DNA of 60,375 nucleotides, counting the filler, from Fonticula-like sp. SCN 57-25 (Eukaryota): assembly GCA_001724245.1 (NCBI GenBank). It is 6 parts of 6 records of this genome, joined end to end, with 100 filler letters (N's around TTAATTAATTAA, not from the genome) between each part and the next. Parts side by side here need not be neighbours in the genome. Positions count along the whole stretch, not along the records: positions 38,158 to 51,093 come from MEDX01000264.1; positions 51,194 to 60,375 come from MEDX01000266.1; 4 more parts are not named here. One strand, given 5' to 3'. A program made the position numbers and the translations under genes. Of this stretch, positions 49,063 through 60,375 are shown in pieces. The notes below the pieces were generated by a model, which had not been told where the DNA came from, ran no database searches, and saw only the letters and a program-made list of their open reading frames with translations. How positions within the stretch are numbered: the first letter of the stretch is position 1; each line of letters starts with the position of its first letter.

Positions 49063-50927
49063 ATGGCGCCCATGCGTGTGGGGTGGAAGCTGAACGAAAA
49101 AGTGAAAGCTAGTCTTTTTCCAGCCGCCTCAAAATGGGCGGATGTTCGCGAGTACATTCGCGCACGTCGCCCAGACCCTAAACCCGCGTCCGAGCACATC
49201 CACGTACGCATTTTTTCCCGCGCACCGCTCTTTGGATGACGTTTTTGGGCACTCAATGCGTTTTTTGCTGGCAATAGCTTTCGCTGGATAGCGGAGAGGC
49301 TATTAACTATGAACATGCCGTTGTGGATGGTGCTTGGTTGACGGTCACAATCGACGAGGCGCCGGCTGCGCGTTCAGTGTCTCTCCAAACCGCCCGTACG
49401 CGCGCCGTCTGTGCTCTGCCCGACTAACCATTGCCGTTAGCTTATGGCGACCTATCCGCCACTTGCCATCTTTTTGCGCGGAATCATGAGGAGGGATATG
49501 ACACAACCCATTTTTGCATGGATGAGGAGAACGCTCATCTTAGGACGACCCTGGACGACGTCATCCATAGCGGCGTTACTCTATTGCGGGCGCCGCCGGG
49601 ATCGGGGAAGACAACATTTGGCCAAGTTGTCGGTCGATACGCCGCTACTCGACGGATGCAAGTTGTTTACATCGTCGGGGAAGCGCATTTTGGCTCCTTT
49701 GAAGAAATTTGGGCAGATGCGACTCGCGGTGGTGACTGGAAGCATGTGACAGACATTACTTTCCCTACGATCATCATTATTGATGAGGCACAGGCTCTCT
49801 ATGAGGAGGGCACGTTTGGTTCCTTGTGGAGCATGGTCAAGCAATTACTTTCTTGGGGGGGCAGGGCCGGCAGGCATGTCCGTTTCTTGTTCCTCGCGAC
49901 CTATGGACCAGTGGTACTTCCAAAATTCTCGCCTATCATGTTCGATTATGACTATGGTCTGCACTCGCTTCGCCTGCGTCCCAGTGAGGCGAACCTTGTG
50001 GCACAGAAGTACGCTGACATGCATCGCATTACGATGACGCAAGACATGGTCGAAACGGTGTACGGTTTGAGCGGCGGATACGCAGGTATTTTTCGAGAAG
50101 CTCTCTTTATCCTTCACAAGGAACTCGATATCAGTAGCCGACCAAGCTATCTAGTCTCCCACGCGTTTCGCGACCAACTCATCCACGCTTACCCGCTCAT
50201 TGAGATAGCACAATTGCCGATGCGCACGGATCGCGAACTGCGTGATCTTGCACGACAGGCCATTTTGGAGTGCAATGCGGAGTTGCGGTTTTCCGTCGGG
50301 TTTGCGGACCATCGCTTCAAGCCCTTGGTTCGCGCTGGGATTCTTATTCAAGAGGGCGATTTTTCGTTCCAGTTTTCATCTCCCGTCGTCTTTGACATAT
50401 TGCTTCAAGCTTTCATGACAACTGGCATTCGTCCTGAGCCCACGCAGGCTTCGTTCGAGGCGGTTCTTACGGATATTCTACGTCGTGTAGGTGGGAATCA
50501 TATTTTTCATATTAACACAGGACGCTGGAAACCCCTGGAGGACGCGTGGCAGAAGCAGTTTCTCGTGGCCGCTGCATCCGTCATCGACGTCGCTGTCGCG
50601 GAGGTCATAACAAATATTGGAAGCCGGTTCGGCCGATCGGATGCGTTCATGGACTTTTATCTCAACGGCGACATTGGATGGGGTGTGGAGCTCACCCGTG
50701 AAGGTTCCGAATTGGAAGAACGCGTTGCTCGATTCATTACTGGGCGGTACGCCTCCTTTGAGCTCAACTTCTGGGCTGTCATCGATTTTCGGCGTACCAT
50801 CCCGGACTTGGCGAATCTTTGTGAGAACGTGTGGTACGTTGTTTACGAGGACAACTTTTCGCGATTCACACTGTATCGTGCACATGAGAAGCCCACAATC
50901 ATTGACACTTATGTAAACAAGGCGTAA
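49063..50927 (+). CDS. Crinkler/CR-type effector: short N-terminal header + P-loop NTPase + restriction-endonuclease-fold domain; exons 49063-49203, 49278-49395, 49441-50927
   Basis: Two gtacgc...tag introns splice in frame. Walker A APPGSGKT, Walker B IIIIDEAQ, FLFLATYG; C-terminal EDAWQ...DFYL...WGVELTREG...RF...GRY...VIDFR. Confidence 0.82.
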
Positions 50928-51093
50928 TATTGAAGCCTATGTGTTGTGCCTATCATGTATTTCTTAGGGTTGTGTTTGTTAGGGTTGGTCATAGTTATTA
51001 TTTTTCCCAAGGTCATTGACCTTTACAAAGTATAAGAGCTATAGAAAGTATCAGAGAAAGAACGATAAAGATCAGAGAAGAAATGATGAAGAT

Positions 51094-51193
51094 NNNNNNN
51101 NNNNNNNNNNNNNNNNNNNNNNNNNNNNNNNNNNNNNTTAATTAATTAANNNNNNNNNNNNNNNNNNNNNNNNNNNNNNNNNNNNNNNNNNNN
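51094..51193. other. Artificial contig linker
   Basis: N44-TTAATTAATTAA-N44. Confidence 0.99.
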
Positions 51194-52690
51194 GTGTTGT
51201 TCTTCGTGTTCTTCCTATTCTTCGTGTTCCTCTACTGCATTGAGAATAAACCTCTACAACCTCAACAACATCTAAACTCCTCCATCATCACAACACTAAC
51301 TAAATTCAGTGACCTCCTACCCACCCGTCCAGGCATGCGGCGGAGACTACCATAAGTATCCTCTCACAACAGCCTTATTCACTGAAGGCCGGGTGCGCAA
51401 TGCACGTTTAATTTGCGTGTTCCCGTTTCCCGTTTATTTTTATGTAGTGTGGGCTGTAATGTCACGACGTTCGTTTAATTGTGCGCATGGTTAAATGATT
51501 CAGCTGTGCTTTCTTAATATGCACAGTATAGTATGTCACAGTTGTTCCTCTGTTCTTTAATGTGCCTTCGTAGCCTCGTTAGCTTGTCCTCAAATGCGCA
51601 TTTCATGTCGCTGAAACAGGCTATGTAGTATCATTTATAGCGGAGTGCAGGACACACACTGATGTCCGAACAACGTGACACTCAAAAACAAACACCGCGT
51701 GGCGTGCTGCTGCTGCATTTGTGCCCACGGCATGTTCAGCCAAGCAGGGAAGTTGAATGGTCCGGTAAACCAATGCACCCGTAGGACACAAATACATGAG
51801 GTGCTTGCAAAGAGTCGTTTCTATCAGAACCTGGCAGCAACAAACGCTGGCATTTAACGGTTGCGTACAATATATTGCTACAATGAAACATGTACAGCAC
51901 AAGTATGGATGGACACACTGCATCCAAGCCAAAGCGGCAACAACAAAGGCAGCCGTCGCTTATCCGTTAGCAAGAACGAAGGCGACCCAGGCGGCCATAA
52001 CAGGTCTTGCTACAAGGAAGCAAAGAACAAGCAGTGAAGCACCGAAGGGGTCTTGAAAATAGGCGTGACCTGCGCCAAGGTACTGCTTGCTCGGTACCAC
52101 GGAGGCTGTCATCGACGCGCTCTATGCTCCATAGTTCATGGCGTCCAAAAGAGGAGCTGCTGGCCAGTATTTCTAAGGCAGAAGTTTGTTAGAAGTCCAG
52201 TTGAAAGAGAGCTGGACAAGCGAGCACAAAAAACGAAAAGAAAGAGGTTTGCTCAGCAATGTGCTTAGCACGTTTTCATCCTTGAATTCAGTAGTCTGAC
52301 ATGTATGAAAGAAATCATCGCAATCCTCTTTTCCAGTGTATGGCAAACATAAAACATGGACACGGAAACAACGGAGCAGACAAAGGCGAACCTTAATTTT
52401 TTACCTTGCCATGGTTGGTGGTCGTCGACAAGACGAAAGGAAAAGCGGTCAGTGGTGTGTGATCGTTGGCGACCTTGAAAGACTTGAGGGGGATGATTCA
52501 TGATCCCACGCAAACTGCAAACTGACACGGTATAGTAACGGTTTCACTTCGGCGGGAAAGGCCACACACGCTGTCGTTCGTCGATCTCGAGGGTTGTCCG
52601 CGGGGAAGCGTCTGCAAGAGCCCCTCTAGGTAAGTTTTCCGGACACAAGGACTATTGAAGCTTAACCACGGCTTATTTTGCAGGATCAAC

Positions 52691-55600
52691 ATGGCAGAGG
52701 AGCAAGCGCTTGCGCAGCTCGCGCAAGTAATCCAAGCCACCCAGGTGGTGGACAAGGCTGCCCGTCAGCAGGGTATGAATGAGTTGCCCAGTGGACCGTC
52801 TACGCTGCTGTTGCTAATTACGTTTGGTCTTTCTAGCCGAGGCCTACATTGCGACGGTTGAGACGCAGCCAAACTATACGCTTCTGCTTCTTATGCTGGC
52901 GACGCGCCCCATTGTGGCGGCGGAGGTTCGCACTGGCGCTGCGCTTCTTTTCAAAAACTTTATTAAGCGCAAGTGGTCAACTGTACGCGGACATGCCACT
53001 AAATTGCGCATCTCATTTGTCTTTGTTTCTTTAGGAGGACGGCGTGCCCGCGCAAGATCGCGTTTCCATCAAGACCAACATTGTCGACCTCATGCTTCGC
53101 GCCAACGCGAACGTTGGCAAGGTACTCGCCGAGGCGCTCACCATCATCGCAGACGCCGACTTTCCATTCCAGTGGGAGGGCCTACTTGACGTACGAAGAG
53201 ACGCAGTTGCATGCTGGACGCGATTTCTCATGCCTGTTATAGGATCTGTTGGCGCGTATTTCCACTGCCCCGGATGCCAAGGTCGTTCTCGGCATCTTGC
53301 ATACGGTGAACTCTGTTTGCCGTCGCTTCCGTTTTGCGTCCCGTAGCAGCACCGTTGACAACGAGCTTGGCTTTGTTCTGGTCAAGTTTGCCGAGCCGAT
53401 GCTTGGTCTGTTCCGCACGCTCGACCAGCAGATCTCGAGCGTGGACCCGTCAAACGCGTCGGTCGCTGCGACCCTGACGCCGCTCGTGGAGAGCTTGATT
53501 GTCCTTTCCAAGATCTTCCTCGCGCTCACCTCACCTGAACTGGCCGATCTTGTTGGCGATCACGTTGCCGAGTACTTTTCAATTTTTCACAAGTACTTGC
53601 ACTACAACGCTCCCATTCTTGCCGCGACCGACGACGAAACGCCCGGGCCACTGGACCGCCTGCGCTCCGTCATCTGCGAGATTGTGGACCTGTTCTCGAG
53701 CAAGTACCCCCTACAGTTCCCTATGATGGATCAGTTTGTCAGCAGCATCTGGGCGCTTCTCATGCAAACCGGAAAGGAGGCGCGGCACGACATGGTACCT
53801 ACTTTGCGATCGTACGATTTGTCAATCTAACACTGCCTGGTAGTTTGTCAGCAATACGCTGCGTCTTCTCACAAGCGTGACGCGCATTGACGCTCAACGC
53901 CGCCACTTTGAGAACCCGGAGACCCTCCAGGGCATTGTTGAGCGTGTTATTATTCCCAACATGATTATTCGAGGTACGCTTAGGCTCCCTGATGATACAT
54001 CGCTCATTGTCATCGCGCAACAGAGTCTGACGAGGAGCTGTTTGAGGATAACCCGCTCGAGTATGTGGAGCGTGAACTCGGTGGCGCTGACGTGGACACG
54101 CGTCGCCGCTCGGCCGCGACGCTGCTTCGTGCACTCTGCGCGTACTTTGAGCCGCAGGTGACGTCGGTGTGCCTTGCCTGGATCGGCAAGGAGATGACAC
54201 TGTTTTCGTCAAACCCGTCCGCCAACTGGCGCAACAAGGACACCGCAATTGTTCTTGCCTCTGCGCTTGCAACGCGCTCTACCATCTCTGCTGCCGGCAC
54301 CGTCGAGGTGAACAGCCTCGTCAACGTGCAGCAAATTTTGATTGACCACGTTATCCCAGCAATTGCCGACCCGAACGGCAATGCCATCTTGCAGTCGGAC
54401 AGTATCAAGTTTGCTCTTTCTTTCCGCGGAGTTGTGAGCGCGGACGCTATTCGCGCAACCGTCCCCGTTCTTGTTCAGCAGCTTGGCAACAAGAACCAGG
54501 TCGTCCACACGTTTGCTGCCTTTGCTCTGGACCGCATTATGTCTATCAAGGGACAGAACAAGATGACCCCGGAGGCCATCGGTGGACTTGCTACCGCCGA
54601 TAAGATTTTGGAGAGCCTCTTTGCAATCTTTGTTATCAATGGGCAGGAGGCGCGCAAGGTGGCCGAGAACAGCTATGCGATGCAGTGTACGAGCATGTCT
54701 TTTTGTGATTGGACACTTACGGGCTTTTTGCAGTGATGCTCCGTACGATCATGTTTTTCCGTCACCAGCTTGTTAGCAAGGCGGTGGACATTGCGTGGCG
54801 CCTGGTGGGTCTGTTGTCGATTGTGAGCAGCAATCCCAGCAACCCGCGCTTCAATCACTGCCTGTTCGAGGCGCTGAGTGCGATCATCCGCTACGCCGAT
54901 AGCAAAGACGCCCAGGTATCTGCCAAGTTTGAGCAGATGCTTTTCCCGGTCATCCAAAGCATCCTGGCCCAGGGCATTGTCGGTGCGTGCAGCACTAGCC
55001 TTGTGTTTAGTCTACTAATATCTCTTTAGAGTTCATGCCCTATTCGCTGCAGATTCTTGCCCAGCTGCTGAACCTTCGCCCAGCCGGCGCTCTCCCTCCA
55101 CTTTACGTACAGGTTCTTCCTTCGCTCACGGCGGCGGTCCTCTGGGAGCAGTCCGGTGCGTCCATTAATTTTCGTTGGCATAAGATACTCACCTTTGATA
55201 AACAGGCAACATCCCCCCGCTGTCGCACTTGCTCTGTGCTTATTTGCGCAAGAGCCCATCTGATGTTGTGACTGCCAACATGGTTGAGCCCATTCTCAGC
55301 ATTGCAGCCCAGCTGACGGCGTCTCGCACACACGACCATGAGGGTATTAACATTTTCATTGCCGTCTTTGAGGAGATTCCAATGTGCGTCGAGCTCTGGC
55401 AGTCCCGGTTGCACTCTAACATTCTGGTACAGGGATAGACTCGGCTCCTTCCTGCGGACCGTCCTGATTGCGCTTCTGAACCGTATTCAGCAATCAAAGA
55501 CGCCCAAGTTTGTCAGGCTCTTCCTGTCGTTTATCGTGCACTTTTTGTGCGTGTCGCCCGAGTCCCCGACCCTTCTCCAGTCGTCGTTCGACTCGATTCA

Positions 55601-56147
55601 GCCTCAACTTCTTGCCATGGTGATCAACAGCGTGGTGCTTCCCGAGACACAGCGTGTCAGCGGAGTGCTCGAGCGTAAGGTGACGTGCGTTGGCATCATT
55701 AGACTGATTGTGGCGCCCTTCATGCGGACGGAGCCGTACATCAGCCGGTTGCCTGGCCTCGTTATGGCCGTCCTGGGTCTTTGCGAACTCCCTGAGGAGG
55801 CCGCCGAAGATGACGAAGACGAGGAAGGTGCCGCAGGTGGCATCCCTGCTGGCGAGGACGGATATCAGGTTGCTTATGCCAAGGTGCGAATTGCAATGCC
55901 CGCTTTTCTCTGATATTAACGGGTGATCCTTCAGCTTGCCTTTGCCACGCAGGATGAGACGGACCGTCTTCAGGAGATTACCAATGTTCGCGCCTACTTT
56001 GGGCAGCAGCTCGGCGCTGTGCTGCAGTCCAACCGCGAGCAGATGCGTCCTGTGCTGCAGGGAATTGCCGCCGACCCGTCTGCCACAAATGTGCTCTCGT
56101 CGTATCTGCAGCAGGCCGGCGTCAACCCGTCGCTTTTGTCCGTATAA
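52691..56147 (+). CDS. CSE1L: Exportin-2 (CSE1/CAS), many exons; likely 5'-UTR intron ~52630-52683
   Basis: FKNFIKRKW, IADADFP, DEELFEDNPLEYVERELGGADVDTRRRSA, VVHTFAA, NPSNPRFNHCLFE, EFMPY. Confidence 0.96.
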
Positions 56148-56334
56148 TTTTACCATACAGAGTATTTTATCTGAAAATTCTATCTTTTAACAATGCAATG
56201 ATGCAACATCCGCCATTCTGTTCTACAGTGCCGATAGACATGGTTGTCCATGTCGCAATATCATTCCGTATGCCAGAAATGCTGCAAAAAGTTACTATAA
56301 TGATACTATTGAATAAGTTACAATAGCGATGAAC

Positions 56335-57614
56335 TTAGTTGCTAGAAACGTGCTGTGGCGAGAGGGACGAAAGAATTGACCTGTTGGACTTTGCTGTGAC
56401 TCCACTGACCAAAGTAGTGGGAGCCGCAGGAACGTGCGAGGCTGACTTGACCGACGAGTAGACGCCACTTGACATAGAAAACGAATAGATGGGTTTTGTT
56501 TGCGGAGACGAAACATACGTCATGGCATCATTCTCCTTGCCAATTCGACGGCTGTCGTGCCCGGCGACCGTCTTGACCGCCGCGGGCGGGCTGTAGTACA
56601 GCGGCACGTTGGGTCGCCTCTTCGCCTCGTCATCCATGTCAAACGCGGCTTGGTGCGACTCCGACCCAAATGTATCCCTACGCGACTTGGCATGCGGATT
56701 CAAGGACTGCCTCCTCGAGTTGGCGGCGCTCGAAGTGCGCAGCGCCAAGTTGATCTGCGTCGACGTAACCGACATTTGCTTCCGCTTCCGATTCACTGAT
56801 GGCGAGCCCGATGCCCCAGACATGCGCATCGGCGACGCGTGCTGCTTCTGCTGAGCCAACTCGGATGAAGTGGTGACCCAAACAACCTCCGGCTCTTCAA
56901 GCAGCGCAGTGTTGAGGGTGTCATCGTCGTCGTCAATGTCCTCAAACCCATCATCGAGCTCCGTAACAGTGGCGGTCGGCTTCTCGTCAACGACGGGTGT
57001 CTCGTGGGTCGACTGGATTTTCGTCTGAATCAAGTGCTCAGCTGCGTCTGCGAGGGCCTTTTGGCTCATGTACTCGACCACCTGGCGTTGGGCCTGCATA
57101 CGCATACGATGCAATTAGGAAAGAGGCAAAATGAGCAAGGTCCGTACGGTTGAGGCGATCTCGCCCAGGAGACGCTTTCCGTGGCGGAGAACTTCACTAT
57201 GGGCCTGAATCAGTGCAGCCTTGGCGCGGTCCTCTGTCTCAGCAATGTACGCGTCGATCTGCCGCTCGTAGCGAGCAAAGTAGGGGTGGACAAACTGGCG
57301 GTACATGATGTTGGCTCCGTTGGTTTGAGGCAGCGAGAACCACAGAAGGAAGGACAGCTTGGCAACGGCGTACAAAGGAATCCAACCAAGAAGCCAATCC
57401 GCCGTTTGCTCAACAGCAGTATAAAGCGCCATACCAGAGAGAAGGCGAAGCATGCGCAGCTCCGCCTTCCTCTCATGGCGGCGAATCGCCTTGAAGGCCG
57501 AGTACGCGGGGTAAAAGTGACATAAGACAATTCTTAGAAAGGAGACAAAATTAGCCAGACATCTAGTATAGGCACAGCCACGTACGTCAACACGTAGCAG
57601 ATCAGCGTCAACAT
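56335..57614 (-). CDS. TB2/DP1/HVA22 (REEP1-4-type) ER-shaping protein with long disordered tail, 3 exons
   Basis: FYPAYSAFKAI, WIPLYAVAKLSFLLW, PQTNGANIMYRQFVHPYF...ERQID. Confidence 0.9.
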
Positions 57615-57796
57615 GCTTGCCTGCTGGTGTTGCACTCCCGGTGTCACGTCGATCTGCGGCAGGAATTTTTTGAAAAATTTGGACCGTTACTTATTGTTGA
57701 TGGCCATCAACACAATGCTGATGATCATCAACCTTACGCACTTTTGAGAGTCTCTTCCTCAGATTTTGAGCCTTGGGTAGTGCGCCAGACTCAGTC

Positions 57797-58757
57797 ATGG
57801 AGGTTCCTACGTTTAAAAATGAAGTGATGCTCGGGGTGCGCACGCCTACACTAGTTTACATGGCCGTCAATGTGATGATGCTAATTTTGTGTGTAAATAG
57901 ACATCAATTATGGCGGTGCGGTTCGATGGCGGTGTCGTGCTGGGTGCGGATTCGCGCACATCTTCGGGGGCGTATGTTGCGAACCGTGTGTCGGACAAGC
58001 TGACGCAGGTGCATGACCGCATCATGTGCTGTCGTTCGGGGTCAGCGGCGGATACACAGGCCCTGGCCGACATTGTTCAGTACTACCTCCAGATTACTGC
58101 GTACGTTCATCAATCACTTTCCCGCCTTTGCGTGTATCCCCTATCAGCCTGCGGATTGATCGCCTCTTTCTGCCTTCCATTTTCTGTTAATTGTTTTGGT
58201 TTTGCATACTATTTTGTTGAAGCTTTGCCGGGCCTGACGTTGGGTTGCTAGTATGGAGCATGGCGAGGCCCCTGATGTTCGCACGGCGGCTACTTTCTTC
58301 CAGGATCTGTGCTACAAGAACAAGGACAGCTTGCAGGCGGGCATCATTCTTGCCGGATGGGACAAACACGAGGGGGGACAGGTGTACAACATTCCCTTGG
58401 GAGGATCCATGCACAAGGCTCCTTTTGCTATTGGAGGTGCGCATCAACGCGTGTGATCTGCTTTATTAACTCTGATTTCTGTTTAAAGGCTCTGGGTCTA
58501 CTTACATTTACGGTTACTGCGATGCCAATTTCAAGGAGAACATGACCAAAGACGAGTGCTTGACCTTTGTTCGTAATTGTACGTCCCATCCACGGCATTT
58601 ACAGCATTTCGCTAATCTGTAACTCGCAGCTTTGGCGCTTGCCATGGCGCGCGACGGTTCGTCGGGCGGCGTTATCCGTACTGCCGTCGTCACGGAGGCG
58701 GGTGTCGAGCGTGATATGATTCCGGGCGACAAATTGCCGCGGTTCTACCAGGGCTAG
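57797..58757 (+). CDS. PSMB6: 20S proteasome subunit beta-1 (Pre3)
   Basis: [65 protein letters not shown]. Confidence 0.98.
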
Positions 58758-59167
58758 GAGATGTGTGTGAAAAAGTTTAATATATATATGTGGTTTCTAT
58801 TACTCCGTATTGAAATACACTCCACACTGGCAGGCTGCCATTTACCTAGCCATCGACTTGCGCTTTACGGAAAACACCTTTCATACAGTATAGTACACTG
58901 CCCGCGCGAAAGCGACAAAGGCTCTATAGTGCCGCTTAGTGCGTTATATCGTATCGTATTGTATCGGCGTATCAATACCAGTGGTGTCGATCAGCCAATC
59001 AGGTGAGTCGCACACCATTGCAAATTGGCAATCTTGTTTGTGTTTGCTGCGTTTACGTGTCTGTCCGGTGAGTCGGACACAAGTCAAAGGATCCCTCGTT
59101 GCTTCTGGCGACTTGGTTATTTTGCTTCTCTGTTGCACACCGTGGCCTTTTCCTTGTTGCGTTCTAA

Positions 59168-60375
59168 ATGGATTCTGGCACCTTTCTCGTGAATACCGAG
59201 GACACGATCCTCACGGGCAAGGTTCAGTACCTGACACACGACTCTGCGCTGATCCTCTCTCGCAAATCGCTCGTCTGCCGCCCCTTTGCAAGCGCTCGTT
59301 CGCGTGCGTCTACCATTTGTCTTTGTTATTTCTTGCTGCTTACTTTTATGTATTTCTTTATTCTTCCGATATTCCCCTTTCTCGGCGGCCCCCTCGCAGT
59401 CTTTGAGCTACCCCTGGAACGACTCACCTTTGTGAGGGCGAACCATGACGACCGTACCATGACACTAGGAGGGCTTTTCCCTCGCGAGACTCCCGGTCAG
59501 CTGTTTCAGACGTCCATGTTCATGGAGTTTTCGTCAAAGATCGATCGCGACGAGTGGGTGTCCACCCTCAACCACGTCATCACGGACCGCAATGTGAGGC
59601 AGCACAATGAGCAGGAAAGAGTACGCAAACATTCCAGCCTCAAGTGCAAATTTTAACGTATTTTGTTCTTCTTCAATTGAAGAAAATGAAGGAGAGGCAG
59701 GCGACCGTTGCTGAGCTCGGTACCATGTTTCCCTTGGTCGATCCCGAGATCCTCCAGACCATTTATGCTCAGAACAATTTCAACATGAACCTCACTGTGG
59801 ACGCCCTCCTCGTGCTCAGCGACCCCACGTACAGCGAGACGCACGGCGGTACGTTTTTTCTCCGACGCATTTTCTGTGCTATGCCAGCGGCTATGTCTAC
59901 TCTGTTGTTTGGAACAATCATGTTTACTCACAGTGCCTGCTTGCAGCTGCTGGTGGCCTTGTAACGTCGACGCCGCTGTCGCAGATGGAGCAGGATGAGA
60001 TGCTTGCGCTCGCTCTTCAAGACGAGAATTTCCTGGAGCATGTGCGCTCGAACCCCGCGCTGCGCGACGTTGTTCATCCGCGCAGCACCGAGAGCGCCAG
60101 CGGGAGCAACCAGGGGTCCTCGTCCCCCACGATGGTGAAGAAGTTTAGCGAAGCCACGCGCGAGACTATCACCAACTTATATCGCAAGTTCCAGGTGCGT
60201 CGCCACAATCGTGTGCGCCTCGACGACGACCAGAACGGCGACAGTGGACAGGAGATGGTCAGCATCAGCGCCACCAGCCACGCCCCAAACACGTTCACCA
60301 TCGATGACAGCAACGGTCTCAACCTGGACTCGGACTCTGATACGGACGACAGGCTCATCGACAGGCGCGTCGCTG
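59168..60375 (+). CDS. PH-like + CUE + UIM-like ubiquitin-binding protein (CUEDC1-like); 3' truncated, start uncertain
   Basis: FELPL...DRDEWVSTL (PH-like end); LGTMFPLVDPEILQTIY...TVDALL (CUE); QMEQDEMLALALQDENF. Confidence 0.75.

Noticed and set aside
51194..52600. 1.4-kb lower-GC stretch with short ORFs and a GHNRSC word reminiscent of a transposase zinc knuckle
   Set aside because: No upstream CxxC, no sustained frame and no terminal repeats; neither a gene nor an element can be supported.

Overview
Gene-dense, intron-rich eukaryotic DNA made of six unrelated contigs (1-9274, 9375-19380, 19481-28723, 28824-38057, 38158-51093, 51194-60375). They are joined by an artificial 100-nt linker (N44-TTAATTAATTAA-N44), so adjacency across linkers means nothing. 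The code is standard (TAA, TAG and TGA all end recognisable genes). Introns are mostly short GT-AG, with GTACG/GTGCG donors and CTRAC-like branch points. About 33 genes are supported, mostly housekeeping: NOB1, ASCC3, ArfGAP, CCT2, eIF3m, SNW1, RFC3, U2AF65, MPP6, PHO85, MRPS9, ADE8, MRM2, GALE, UCH, CSE1, REEP, proteasome beta1. Fungal-type markers (Mim1-like, Net1/Dnt1 N-domain, Pho85, stand-alone Ade8) occur alongside animal-like ones (Phafin, CUEDC1-like, REEP1-4 type, HRM and REJ-GPS surface proteins). I infer a unicellular opisthokont, probably a nucleariid-like early holomycotan; no search was run. Most notable: an unassigned four-way-junction structured RNA candidate (~12.3 kb), an intron-containing Crinkler-type header+NTPase+restriction-endonuclease effector (~49-51 kb), a protein with at least 16 tandem HRM-like repeats, a single-pass REJ-GPS receptor with PPxY motifs, and a recurrent tandem GCAAACT element in very compact divergent promoters.
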